A DNA stretch of 64,000 nt from Chiloscyllium plagiosum (lineage: Eukaryota). The notes under the pieces are model-generated. The model had not been told where the DNA came from, ran no database searches, and worked only from the letters and a program-made list of their open reading frames with translations. The stretch covers positions 5,625,474 to 5,689,473 of the forward strand of contig NC_057755.1 of the NCBI RefSeq assembly GCF_004010195.1, given 5' to 3'. This document shows positions 50,105 to 63,800 of the stretch, one piece after another (positions within the stretch are counted from its first letter, which is position 1; every line of letters starts with the position of its first letter). Both the position numbers and the translations under genes were made by a program.

Positions 50105-50838
50105 AATGAGCACATTAAAAATATGGAGCTTATTCAAGAAAAAGCTCCTTTGTGTCCTAGATAAGTATGTACCTGTCAGGCAGGGAGGAAAAGATAGAAT
50201 GCGTGAGCCGTGGTTTACTAAGGAAGTGGAATCCCTGGTCAAGAAGTTTAAGAAGGCTCATGTTAGGACAAAATGTTAAAACTCAGTTAGGACGCTTGAG
50301 GGTTACAAGGAAGTCAGAAAAGACCGAAAAAGAGACCTCAGAAGAGCCAGGAGGAGACATGAGAAGATGTTGGCGGATAGGATCAGGTTACCCCTAACGC
50401 TTTCCATAGGTATGTCAGGAATAAAAGAATGACGAGAGTGAAATTAGGGCCAATCAAGGATAATAGTGAGAAGTTGTGTGTGGAGTCAGACAAGATAGGG
50501 GAAGCACTAAATAAATATTTGTTGACATTGTTCACTATAGAAAATGAAAATGTTGATGAGGAAGATAGAGAGATACTTGCATCTAGATTAGAAGAGATTG
50601 AAGTTCACAAGGAAGAGGTATTAGAAATAGTGCAGACTGTGAAAATATACAAGTCCCCTGGGCTGGATGGGATCTTTTACCTCTATCCTACCATCCTTTG
50701 GGAAGCAAGGGAAGAGATTGCCAAGCCTTTGACATTGATCTTCAAATCATCATTGTCGACAGGAATAGTGCCTGAGGACTGGAGGATAGCAAATGTGGTT
50801 CCCTTGTTCAAAAAGGGTAGTAGAGACAACCCTGGTAA

Positions 50839-51122
50839 NNNNNNNNNNNNNNNNNNNNNNNNNNNNNNNNNNNNNNNNNNNNNNNNNNNNNNNNNNNNNN
50901 NNNNNNNNNNNNNNNNNNNNNNNNNNNNNNNNNNNNNNNNNNNNNNNNNNNNNNNNNNNNNNNNNNNNNNNNNNNNNNNNNNNNNNNNNNNNNNNNNNNN
51001 NNNNNNNNNNNNNNNNNNNNNNNNNNNNNNNNNNNNNNNNNNNNNNNNNNNNNNNNNNNNNNNNNNNNNNNNNNNNNNNNNNNNNNNNNNNNNNNNNNNN
51101 NNNNNNNNNNNNNNNNNNNNNN
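50839..51122. other. Assembly gap
   Basis: 284 N. Confidence 1.
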
Positions 51123-51576
51123 AGGCTGTTCTCGTTAGAGAGAAGAAGGTTGAGAGGTGACTTAATAGAGACATACAAGGTAATCAGAGGGTTAGATAGG
51201 GTGGACAGTGAGGGCCTATTTCCAAGTATGGGGACAGCAAACACGAGGGCACGAGGGAACACAACTTTAAAGTGAGAGGAGATAGCTATAAGACAGGTGT
51301 CAGAGGTAGTTTATTTACTCAGAGAGGGGTAAGGGTATGGAATGCTTTGCTGGCATTCCATACCCTTAGATTCACCAAGTTTAAGTGCATTTATGTCGTC
51401 ATTGGACAGGCAAAGGGACATACATGGAATAGTGTAGGGGGAATGGACTTCACATTAGTATCACAGGGCGGCGCAATATCGAGGGCTGAAGGGCCTGTAC
51501 TGCGCTGTAATTTTCTATGTTCTATGTTCCTGGATACATATCACTGTTCTTTCAGTTTTGCTGGATCATTCAGAAG

Positions 51577-52538
51577 ACCTTTGGTTGTGGTATGTCCTCG
51601 TTCCGTGGTCTTTCTCTTAGGCATCTTTTGATGAAGTTGCGCGGGTATCCGTTTTTGGCGAATACCTTGTATAGGTGTTCCTCTTCTTTTTGCAGTTCTG
51701 GTGTACTGCAGTGTGTTGTGGCCCTTTTGAATAGTGTCCTGATACAGCTTCGTTTGTGTGTATTGGGGTGATTACTTTCATAGTTTAGGACTTGGTCTGT
51801 GTGTGTGGCTTTCCTGTATACCCTTGTAGTGAATTCTCCGTTCGGTGCTCTCTGTGCCATCATGTCTAGGAATGGACCAAAAGGACTAGCCACACTACCA
51901 TACATCAGGAGTGTCTCAGAACTGACAGCCAGACTACTGCGACCCCTAGGACTCATAACGGCACACAAACCAACAGCCACACTCAGACAACAACTCATCA
52001 GAATGAAGGACCCGATACCTAACATGAGCAAAACTAATGTAGTGTACAAAATACCATGCAAGGACTGCACAAAACACTATATTGGACAAACAGGAAGACA
52101 GCTAACAATCCACATACATGAACATCAACTCGCCACGAAACGACACGACCAGCTATCCTTAGTAGCCACACACGCAGACAACAAGCAACATGAATTCGAC
52201 TGGGACAACACTGCTATCATAGGGCAAGCCAGACAGAGAACAGCCAGGGAATTCCTAGAGGCATGGCATTCATCCACAAACTTCATCAACAAACACATCG
52301 ACCTAGACCCAATATACCAACCACTATAGCGGACAGCTGAAACTGACAACCGGAAGCGGCAGGGACAGACCACTATAAACACCGGAGGAAACATCAAAGA
52401 AGCGCTTCGCAGGAGGCTCCCAAGCACTGATGATTTCGCCTAGCCGGGGGACGAAACGTTTGCAACAAAAACTTCCAGCTCGGCGAACAGAACCATAACG
52501 AGCATCCGAGCTACAAATCTTCGCACAAACTTTAAACA
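51577..52538 (+). mobile_element. Well-preserved Penelope-like element with an inverted 5' segment
   Basis: Plus 51877-52329 reads TLPYI..NVVYKIPCKDCTKHYIGQTGR..HEH..REFLEAWH..IN (GIY-YIG). Minus ~51577-51865 reads VYRKATHTDQVLNYESNHP..NGYP. pLTR at 52330-52538. Confidence 0.92.
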
Positions 52539-54610
52539 ATTATTCTCGTTTTTCGGCATGTGCTCCTACCCCGGACCGTTTATTTCACATTACTCAATGC
52601 TTGAGCCACCCTTAAGTGACATAGCCCATGGCAAGGGTTTGCAGAACCAAAGTCCGTTGCAGTGGACACCACAGGCAGAGAGTGTCTTTGTTGAATTTTA
52701 AAAGGTGCTCCAAACTGCACCTACATTGGGAATTCCGGACCAAACAAGCCTTTTGTACAAATAGTAGATGAGAAGCACGGCTGCATGACATCTGTGCTGT
52801 TGCAGGAACATGAGGGAAAATTGAGGCTGGTAGCTTATTTTTTGGCTAAACTAGACTTCCGTAGTGGCAGGAGTACGTAAATGCCTGTGAGCCGTGGCCG
52901 CAGCTGGAAAGACTGTTGTCGTCTCCAGGGACATAGTCGGCGATGGTGAATTAACTCTACTCGTCCCATATGTCGTATCCTTCCTGCTTTCTGAGCAAAA
53001 GACCGCACACATTTCAGCAGCACATTGGTCAGATACAATACTGTGTTATTGGAGATGCCTAACATTTCAATAAAGCGATGTAACATCCTTAACCCTGCTA
53101 ACCTTCTCCCCACAGAGGGAGACGGAGACCCACCTAAGTGTGTCGCTGTGACGAATGAAATTTGCAGCCTCAGACCAGATTTGCTGGATATTCCACTTCA
53201 GAATCCAGATATGGAATTTTTCGTGCATTCAGGGGAGCAAGGAGACAGGCCAGAATTGCATTGGGTATGTTGTAGTAACTATCCACGAGGAAGTCAAAGC
53301 GGGATCACTACCTTCTCATATGTCAGCGCTAGCAGTGGAGCTGATTGCCTTGACCGAGGCCTGTAAATTGGCTAAGGGAAGGACAGTGAATATTTACCCC
53401 GATAGCAGATACACATTCGGGGTTGTACATGATTTTGGTACCCTGTGGAAATGCAGGGGCTTCTTGTTCACCACCGGATAGCCCATCACACACCGTGGCC
53501 TGATTTCTGACTTCCTGGAAGCGGTTCTGTTGCCTAAACCAATCTCTGTGTGTAAGTGTGAAGACCACATGAAAAAATAACAATTCACTTTCTCAAGGTA
53601 ATGCGAGAGTAGGGTCAGCAACAAGGACGGCAGCCCAGCAGCCGTCATGTGCATGACAAAAATTTGTGCCCCAACAAGACATAAAGGAGTTACAGTCACA
53701 GGCCATGCCAGAAGAGAAGCGCGAGTGGATGAAAGCAGGGTGCAGAGTGAGGGAAGGAGTATGGTATGGCCCCAATGGTAAATCCTGTCTACCACAATCA
53801 TCATTTCCATTCTATGTCAAACTGACACACGGTCAGGACCATGTATCAAAACGGGGGATGTATGACAGCATTTCGGCACATTGGTACACGAAGTGATTTA
53901 CTCATTACTCCCAGAAATATTGTGAATGATGTGCCACTAATAATGCAGGGAGAGGAACACAGATGAGTCAAGCAGCACACCCCCAACCCCAAAGACCCTT
54001 TGAACATTTACAAATGGCTTTTATTGCACTAACGCCAAGTGAATGGAAAAGCTATTGTCTGGTAGTAGTTGATATGGTTTCCAAATGGGTGGAAGCGTTC
54101 CCTATGTCTAAACAGGATGGCAGCGCAGTAGCCAAGGCTTTACTAACTGAGATAATTCCGAGATGGGGCATCCCTGAAAGGTTTGATCGTGACAATGGGA
54201 CACCATTTGTCAATAATGCCCTACTGCAGATCAGTGAATACTTGGGAGTAAACATTAAACAACACAGTGCATACCACCCAGTGAGCGGTGGGGCAATGGA
54301 AAGACAGAATGCGACCTTTAAAAATTGCCAAAATCCTGTGAGGAACTCGGGGTGACATGGACAAAGGCACTTCTAATTGTGCTAGTGTATATGAGATCTA
54401 GAAGGAGAGGAAGGGCCAATGTTAGACTGTTTGAGATTTTGGTTGATAGGCCGCCCAACACAGGAATTGGCCCAAGACCGAAGGTAAGACGGATAACAGA
54501 CCACTGTGAGGATGAGATGTTGTGTTCCTGTATAAAAATCTCTACACTTTCATCTCAAATACAGAATCAAGTTAAAGCAGCACTACCCCAACCAGCAGAA
54601 GGGAAGCTGG
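52539..54610 (+). mobile_element. pol: Degraded epsilon-like endogenous retrovirus pol (RT thumb to integrase)
   Basis: SFFGMCSY, KLRLVAYFLAKLD, LNPANLLP, ELIALTEAC..NIYPDSRY.FGVVHDFG, PFEHLQM, SKWVEAFP, EIIPRWGIP..DNGTPF. Confidence 0.92.
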
Positions 54611-54802
54611 GTCCATTGCTGAGATATTTATATTGTCAACAGCAGTGGGCGGGGCGCCAGAGATTTGAGGGTGGCTGATGTGGAGCCATTGTGTAGGAAA
54701 GTCAGTAAGAGAAAGGTAGGGAACTAAAGAGCACTGAGACTCTGATCAGTGGTGGGTAAGATTTAACAGAAATAAAGCAACACAAACAAACATGGGAAGA
54801 TG

Positions 54803-57800
54803 CAGAGATTGTTAATATACAGAGTTTGTGGAGAAGCCAAAACGTAGACGGCTCTGGAGAAACTGCATATGCTTGGAGCTTGTGGAGATGCCATCACGTG
54901 GACGGGTGTGGAGAGATTGTTTATACACAGAGCTTGGAGAGAGATCGGCACTTGGATTGCTATGGAGAGATTGTTTATGTATGTAGCCTGTGGAGAGACC
55001 TACATGTGGACGGCTCTGGAGAGACTTCATATGCGGAGCTTGTGGAGAGGCCGACAAATGGACAGCTCTGGAGAGGTTGTTTATGTACAAAGCTTGTGGA
55101 AAGACCTACACTTGAACGTCTCTGGAGAGATTGTTTATATACATAGGTTGTGGAGAGGCTAACATATGGAGGGATCTGTAGAGTTTGTTTGTATGCAGTG
55201 TTTGCAGAGAGGCCTACACATGGATGGCTCAGGAGAGTTTGTTTGTATGCAGTGCTTGTGGAGAGGCCGACACGTTGTCAGCTCTGGAAAGATTGTTTAT
55301 ATTCAAAGCTTCAGGAGAGGTCTACACGTGGATGGCTCGGCAGAGATTGTTTATAAACGGAGCTTGTGGAGACGTCTACACGTGGACGGTTCTGGAGAGA
55401 CCGTTTATATGCGGAGCTTGGGGAGAGGCCTAGACGTTGTCGGCTCTGGAGAGATTGTTAATATACGCAGCTTGTGGCGTGGGGCTGAGGTGCGGCCAAA
55501 AACAGAGGAGAAGGTTTTTCAGAAAATCAAAAAGGGAGTGCAAACGCCCACACCCAATATACACGTGGTCCACGGACTCCACAGCGCCACAGAACAAGCA
55601 GTTGGGCTGGGAGTCCGTGAACCACCGCAGTCTGCGGTTTCAGGGGACTGCTGCGTGCAGCACCCTCCACCCCAGATCCCCGAGAGAAAGGGGGAGGACT
55701 CCTGCGTAGAGAGACCCCCACCAGAGATTGTTTATAAACGGAGCTTGTGGAGACGTCGACACGTGGACGCTTCTGGAGAGACCGTTTATGTATGGAGCTT
55801 GGGGAGAGGCCTAGACGTTGTCGGCTCTGGAGAGATTGTTAATATACGCAGCTTGTGGAGAGGCCTACACGTGAATGGCTCTGGAGAGATTGTTTATATA
55901 TGGACGTTGTGTTGGGCCCTCGACGTGGATGGCTCTGGAGAGATTGTTAACATTCGGTGCTTGTGTACAGGGCTGTACGTCGATGGCTCTAGAAAGATTG
56001 TTTATATACGGAGCTCGTGGACAGGCCTACACATGGAAGGCTCGGGAGAGATGGTTTATAGACAGGGCTTGTGGAAAGGCCTACACATGAATGCCTCTGG
56101 TAGATTGTTCATTTCAGAGTTTGAGGAGAGGCCTTCAAGTGAACGGCTCTTGAGAGATTGTTTATACATGGAATTTGTGAAGAGGCCCACACTTGGTCGG
56201 CTCTGGAGAGATTGTTTGTTTACCTAAGCTTTTGGAGAGACAGATGGCACTGGAGAAGTTGTGTGTATATGGAGTTAGTTGAGTGACTTATGCGTGGACG
56301 GTTCTGAAGAGACTGTTTACAAATGTAGGTTTTGGAAGGCATACACGTGGACTGCTGCGGGAGAGGTTGTCGAGATACGGAGCTTGTGGGGAAGCGTACA
56401 TGTGGATGATTCTGGAGAGTTTGTTTGTATTCTAAGCTTGTGGAGAGGCCGAAACGTGGACGACTCTGGAGAGATTGTTCATATACGGAGCTTGTGGAGA
56501 AGCCTGCACATGGATGGTTCTGGAGAGATTATTTGGAAATGGACCTTGTGGAGAGGCCTACACGTAGATTATTCTTGAGATATTGTTTCCATTGGGAGCT
56601 TGTGGAGAGGCCTAAACGTAGATGGCTCTGGAGAGATTGCTTGTATACCGATCTTATTAAGAGGCCTACACGTGGATGTCGCTGGAGAGATGGTTTATAT
56701 GCAGAGCTTTTGGAGATGCCTACAAATGGACGGCTCTGCAGAGGTTGTTTACCTGTGGAGCTCGTATAGAGTACTATAAATGGACGGCTCTGGAGAGGTT
56801 TCTTTGTCTATGGAGTTGTGGAGAGGCATGGACGTGTACGACTCTGGAGAGATTGAATATATACGGAGCCTGTGGAGAGGCCTACACGTGGACGACTCTA
56901 GAGAGATTGATTATGCATGGAAAATGTGAGGAGGCCGACACGTAGACGGCTCTGGAGAGATTGTTTATATACTGAGCCTGTGGAGAGGCCTACAAATGGA
57001 CGGCTCTGGAGAGATTGTTTATCCAAGGAGCTTGTGAAGAGGTCTAGACGTGGACGTCTGGAAAGATTGATTATACGTTGAGTGCTCTGAAGAGATTTTT
57101 TGTAGGCAGAGATTCTGGAGACTCCTAAACGTGGAGAGATCTCGTTGTCTGTTTGTGTACCAAACGTGTGGAGAGGTCTACACGTGGATGGCTCTGGAGA
57201 GATTGCTTACATTCGCACGCTATGGAGAGGCCTACACGTCGAAGGCTCTGGAGAGATAATTTCTGTACACATCTTATGAAGAAGCATACACATGGATGCC
57301 GCTGGAGAGATTGTTCATATCCGGAGCTTGTGGAGAGATCTACAAATGGACGGATCTGCAAAGGTTGTTTGCCAATGGAGTTTGTATGGAGGCCTATAAA
57401 TGGACGGCTCTGGAGAGGTTTTCTACCTATGCAGCCTGTGGAGAGGCTTAAACATGGACAGCTCTGGAGAGATTGTTTATATACGGAGCTTGTGGGGAGG
57501 CTGAAACATGGTTGGATCTGTAGAAATTGTGTATACACGGTTCTTGTGGAGAGGCCTACACGTGGATGGATCTGGAGAGATTTTTTACATGTAAAGCTTA
57601 TGGGGAGGCCGAAACATGGATGGATCTGGAGAGATTGTTTATGTAGGGAGTTACCGGGGAGGCCTAGACATGGATGGCTCTGAAGAGATTGCTAACATGT
57701 GGGGCTTGTGGAGAGGCCGACACAAGGATGGATCAGGGAGAGATTGTTTATGCACAGTTACTGGGGAGGCCTTCACGTGGATGGCTCTGGGGAGATTGAT

Positions 57801-60800
57801 TATGTACGGAGCTACTGGGAAGGCCTACACATGGATGGCTCTAAAGAGACTTTTTATGAACGGAGCTTGTGGAGAGGCGTACACGTGGTTGCATCTGGAG
57901 AGATTGCTTATATGCGGAGCTTGTGGAGAGGAGTCCACGTGGATGGCTCTGGAGAGATTGGTTATATTCAGAGTTTGTTGAGAGACCTCCAAGTGGATGG
58001 CTCTGGGGAGATTGATTATGCACGGAGATTGTTGAGGTGCCTAAACATGGAGGCTATTGAAAGATTGTTTATATACAGAACTTGTGGAGAGGCCTACACA
58101 TGGACGTCTCTGGAGAGATTGTTTCTATACAGAGCTTGTGAAGAGGCCTGCACCTGGATGGCTCTGGAGAGTATTTTGTATGGAAGGATCTTGTGGAGAA
58201 ATAGCCAAGTGGACCGCTGCGGAACGACTGTTTATGCACGGAGCTCATGTACAGAGATTATGGACAGGCCTACACATGGACGACTCTGGATGGATTTTTT
58301 GTATATGGAACTTATGGATAGGCCTACACATGAACTTCTATGGAGAGATTGTTTGTATGCAGAGCTTGTGGAGAGGCCTACACATGGACATGTGGAGAGA
58401 TTGTTTATATACGGAGCTTCTGGAGACGTCGCTTGGAGAGGTTGTTTACTAGAGGAGTGTTTGGAGCGGCTTGCACATCGATTGCTCTGAAAGGATTGTT
58501 TATGTACGTAGCTTGTGGTGAGGCCTGCGCATGAACAGTACTGGAGAGATGGTTCAAACACAGAGCTTGTGGAGTGGCCTATACGTCGATGTCCTTGGAG
58601 AGATTGTTTATATACGGAGCTTGTGTAAAGGACGACACATGGATGGCTCTGGAGAGATTGGTTAAATACAAAGCTTTTGAGAATGTCTACACGTGGACGG
58701 CTCTGGAGAGATTGTTTATATAGGGAATTTGTGGAGAAGTGGCCAAGTGGATGGCTCTGCAGAGGTTGCTTATCTTTGGAGCTTGTGGAGAGGCCTACAC
58801 GTGGACGGCTCTTGAGAGATTGTTTATACAAGGATCTTGTGGAGCGGCGGCCAAGTGGGCGTCTCTTGAGCAAATGTTTATGTACGGAGCTTGTTGAAAG
58901 GACTCTATGGGAATGGCTCTGGAGTGATTGCTTATATATGGAGCTTGTGGAGATGGCTAGACGTTGATGGATCTGGACAGATTGTTTACATGCGGAGATT
59001 GTGGAGAGGCCTACATGTGGATGGCTCTGGAGAGATTGTTTATATTCGGAACGTGTGAATAGGCCTACACGTGGACAGCTCTGGAGAGATGGTTTTCTAC
59101 GGAACCCGTAAAGAGGCCTGCAAATTGACGGTTCTTGAGAGGTTGATTATCCGTGGAACTTGTGGAGAGGCCTAGACGTGGACGCCTGTGAAGATTGATT
59201 CTTTACAAAGTTTGTGGAGAGTCCTACACGTGGACAGATCTGGAGTGTCTGATTGTGTTCCAAACGTGTGGAGAGGCCCAGACGTGGATGACTCTGGAGA
59301 GATTGCTTACATTCGGACCCTGTGGAGAGGCCTATACGTCGACGGCTCTGGACAGATTGTTTGTGTACACATCTTATGAAGAGGCCTGCGCATGGTTGTC
59401 TCTGGAGAGATTTTTATATAACGAGCTTGTGGAGAGGTCAACAAATGGACGACTCTGGAGAGGTTATTTACGAATGGAGTTTGTATGGAGACCAGTAAAT
59501 GGACGGCTCTGGAGAGGTTACTTATCTATGGGGCTTGTGGAGAGGCCTAAACGTGGACGGATCTGGAGAGATTGTTTTTGTACGGGGTTACTGGGGTGGC
59601 CTACACGTGGATGGCTCTGAAGAGATTGTTTATATGCAGAGCTTGTGGAGAGGCCTACACGGGGATGAATCTGGTGAGATTGTTTATGTATGGAGTTACT
59701 GGGGAGGCAGACACCTGGATGTCTTTGGAGAGATTGTTTATATACGGAGCTTGTGGCAAGGCCAAAACATGGATGGCTCTGGAGAGATTGTTCGCATACT
59801 GAGCGTATGACAATGCCTACACGTGAACGGCTCTGGAGAGATTGGTTATATATGCAGCTTGTGGGGAGGCCGAAACATGGATGGATCTGGAGAGATTTTT
59901 ATATACGCAGCTTGTGGAGAGGCCTACAAATGGTCGGCTCTGCAGAGGTTATTTTTACCTATGGTGCTTGTACGGAGGGTTGTAAATGGACGGCTCTGGA
60001 GAGGTTACTTATCTATGGAGCTTGTGGAGAGGCCTAAACGTGAATGGTTCTGGTGAGATTGTTTCGGTACGGGGTTACTGGGGAGGCCTACACGTGGCTG
60101 GCTCTGAAGAGATTGTTTATATGGAGAGCTTGTGAAGAGGCCTACACGGGGATGGATCTGGTGAGATTGTTTATGTACGGAGTTACTGGGGAGGCATACA
60201 CCTAGATGTCTTTGGAGAGATTGTTTATATACGGAGCTTGTGGAGAGGCCGACACAAGGATGGCTCTGGAGAGATTCTTAGCATACGGAGCTTATGAGAA
60301 TGCCTACACGTGGATGGCTCTGGAGAGATTGTTATATAGGGAGTTTGTGGACAAGCGGCCAAGTGGACGGCTCTGGAGAGGTAGTTTATCTATGGAGCTT
60401 GTGGAGACACCTACACGTGGACGGTTGTTGAGAGATTGTTTATTCATGGATCTTGTGTAGAAGCGGCCAAGTGGGCGCCTCTCGAGCAAATGTTTATGTA
60501 CAGAGCTTGTGGAAAGGACTATACGTGAATGGTTTTGGAGAGATTGTTTTTATACGGAGCTTGTGGAGAGGACTACACGTGGATGGATCTGGGGAGATTG
60601 TTTGCATGCGGAGCTTGTGGAGAGGCCCACATGTGGATGGATCTGGAGACATTCTTTATATACGGAGGTTGTGGGAGGGCGACACATGGATGTCTCTGGA
60701 GAGATTGGCTATATGCGGAGCCTGTGAATACACATGGATGGCTCTGGTGAGAATGTTTATATACTGAGCCTGTGAAGAGACCTACAAATGGACGGCTCTA

Positions 60801-63800
60801 AAGAGGTTGTTTATCCATGGAGCTTGTGGAGAGGCCGAGACGTGGACGCCTGCAAAGATTGACTATATACAGAGCTTGTGGAGAATCCTAACGTGTACAG
60901 ATCTGGAGTGTCTGCTTGTGCACCAAACGTGGGGAGAGGCTTACACGTGGATGACTCTGGATAGATTGCTTACATTCTGAGCCTGTGGAGAGATTGTTTG
61001 TGAACAAATTGTATGAAGAGGCCTACACATGGATGTCTATGAAAAGATTGTTTATATCCGGAGCTTGTGGAGAGATCTACAAATGGGCGGCTCTGGAGAG
61101 GTTATTAACCTGTGGAGCTTGTGGAGAGGCCTCAACGTGGAAGGCTCTGGAGAGATTGTTTATATATGGAGCTTGTGGGGAGACCGAAACATGGATAGAT
61201 CTGGAGAGATTTTTTATTTACTGAGTTCCTGTGGAAGTCTACACATGGATGGCTCTGAAGAGATTGTTTATATGCAGAGCGTGTGGAGAGGTCTACACGT
61301 GGATGGATCTGGAGAGATTGTTTATGTACGGAATTACTGGGGCGGCCTACACATGGATGGCTCTGAAGAGGTTGTTTATATTCGGAACTTGTGGGGAGAA
61401 CTACACGTGGATCGATCTGAAGAGATTGTTTATGAACGGAGTTACTGAGGAGGCCTACACTTGGATGGTTCGGGAGAAATTGCTTATATTCAGAGCTTGA
61501 AGAGAGGCCTACACGTGGACGACTCTGGGGACATTGTTTATGTACGGAGATTGTTGAGGGGCCGACACATGGAGGCAATGGAGTGATTGTAAATGTACAG
61601 AACTTCTGGAGACGCCGACACATGGCCATCTCTGGAGAGACTTTTTAAATATGGAGCGCGTAGAGAAACCTACACGTGGATGGCTCTGGAGAGATTGGTT
61701 ATATACTGAGCTTGTGAAGAGGCCTACACGAGGATGGCTCTGGAGAGATTTTTTATGTAAGGATCTTGTGGAGAAACGGCCAAGTGGACGGCTGTGGACT
61801 GATCGTTTTTGCGTGAAGCATATATACAGAGATTATGGACAGGCCTACACGTGGACGACTCTGGATGGATTTTTTATATATGGAACTTATGGAGAGGCCT
61901 ACCCATGAACTTCTATGGAGAGATTGTTTGTATGCAGAGCTTTTGGAGAGGCCTACACGTGGACGGCTCTGGAGAGATTGTGCATATATGGAGCTTACGG
62001 AGAGGTCGCCTGGAGAGCTTGTTTATTTCAGGAGTTTGTGAAGCGGCTTGCACGTGGATTACTCTGAAATAATTGTTTATGTGCGGAGCTTGTAGTGAGG
62101 CCTGCACATGGAAATCTCTGGAGAGTGACTTCAAACACAGAGCTTGCGAAGTGGCCTACACATGGATGTATTTGGAGGAATTGTTTATGTACGGAGCTTA
62201 TGGAGATGCCTACACATGAATGGCTCTGGAGAGATTGTTTGCATACAGAGCTTATGAAAATGCCTACACGTGGACGGCTCTGGAGAGTTTGTTTACATAA
62301 AAGGTTTGTGGAGAAGCGGCCAAATGTATGGCTCTGGAGAGATTGCTTATCTATGGAGCTTGTGGAGAGGCCTATATGTGGATGGCTCTTGAGAGATTAT
62401 TTATACAAGTATCTTGTTGAGAAGGGGCCAAGTGGGCGTCTCTCGATCAAATGTTTATGTACGGAGCATGTGGAAAGGAGAAAACGTGGATGGTTCTGGG
62501 GAGATTGTTTATATATTGAGTTTGTGGAGAGACCTAAACATGTACGTCTTTGATGAGACTGTTTATATATGAAGCTTTTTGACAAGTTTGTACGTGCACG
62601 GCTCTAGAGAGATTGCTTATGTGCAGAGTTTGTAGAAAGTCCTGCACGTGGATCACTCTGAATGGATTATTGAAATGTGGAGGTTGTGGACAGGCCTACA
62701 CGTGGATGGCTCTGGGAGAGATTGTATTTTAACGGAGCTTGTGTTGAGGTCTATACATTGACAGCACTGGTGAGACTGTTTGTATGCAGAGGCTTGTGGT
62801 GGGGCCTGCAAATGGGCAGCACAGGCGAGATTGGTTATACACAAAGCATTTGGAGAAGCCTACACGTTGTCTGCTCTGGATAGATTGTTTGTATACAGTG
62901 CTTGTGGAGAGGCCTACACATGGACGGCTCTGGAGAGATTGGTTATATCCGGAACTTATGGTGAGACCTCCACATTTATGGTTCTGGAGAGACTGTATAA
63001 ATGCAGAGCTTATGGAAAGGCCCAAATGTATGCAGATTGAATGTATGCAGAGCTTGTGGAGAGGCCAATAAGTGGATGCTTCTGGAGAGTCTGTTTCGGG
63101 ACGAACTTTGTGGATAGCCCTATGCATAGTAGGGCCCAGAGAGATTGTTTACGTTTGGAGGTTGTGGAAAGGCCTACCCGTGGATGGATCTGGAGAGATT
63201 GTTTATGTACGGAGATTGTGGGGAAGCCTACGCATGGAGAGATTGCTTATATCCGGAACTTACGGTGAGACCTTCACATTTATGGTTCTGGAGAGACTGT
63301 ATAAATGCAGACTTATGGAAAGGCCCAAATGCCGACAGCGCTGGAGAGATTGTTTATATATGGAGCTTGTAAAGAGGCCTGCACGTGAATGGCTTTTGAG
63401 AGACTGCTCATATACGGAGTTTGTATATACGGAGAGGCCTACAAATGGACGGCTCTGGAGAAGTTGTTTAACTGTGGAGCTTGTGGAGACGTGTATACAT
63501 GAATGGATCTGGAGAGATTATTTATGTATGGAACTTTTGGAGAGTCCGGCATGTGGATCGCTCTGACTGGATTGTTTATATGTGGAGGTTGTGGTGAGGT
63601 CTACACGTGGACGGCCTGGAGAGATTGATTACATGCGGAGCTTATGGACAGGCCTAGACATGTACTTATGTCGACATTAATTATATACGGAGCATTTGAT
63701 GAGACCTATACGTGGATGGCTCTGGAGAGTTTGTTTATATATGGAGCCTGTGGAGAGGCCGACACCTGGACAGCTTTGGAAGATTGTTTATATATGGAGC

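Larger units (their letters stand above)
49615..51530 (+). mobile_element. CR1 LINE spanning two assembly gaps
   Basis: VIGDFNYPNIDW, GDSDHNSV, KSPGLDG, PEDWRIANVVPLFKKG. After the gap, LFSLERRRLRGDLIE and a ttctatg terminal repeat. Confidence 0.88.

Noticed and set aside
49990..50212. ~107-bp tandem duplication in CR1
   Set aside because: It straddles an 8-N gap and is most likely unmerged overlapping contig ends.
55166..56227. 353-aa ORF, the longest in the window
   Set aside because: It is satellite sequence plus the antisense strand of a Tx1 fragment. The frame survives because insert plus duplication is 381 bp.
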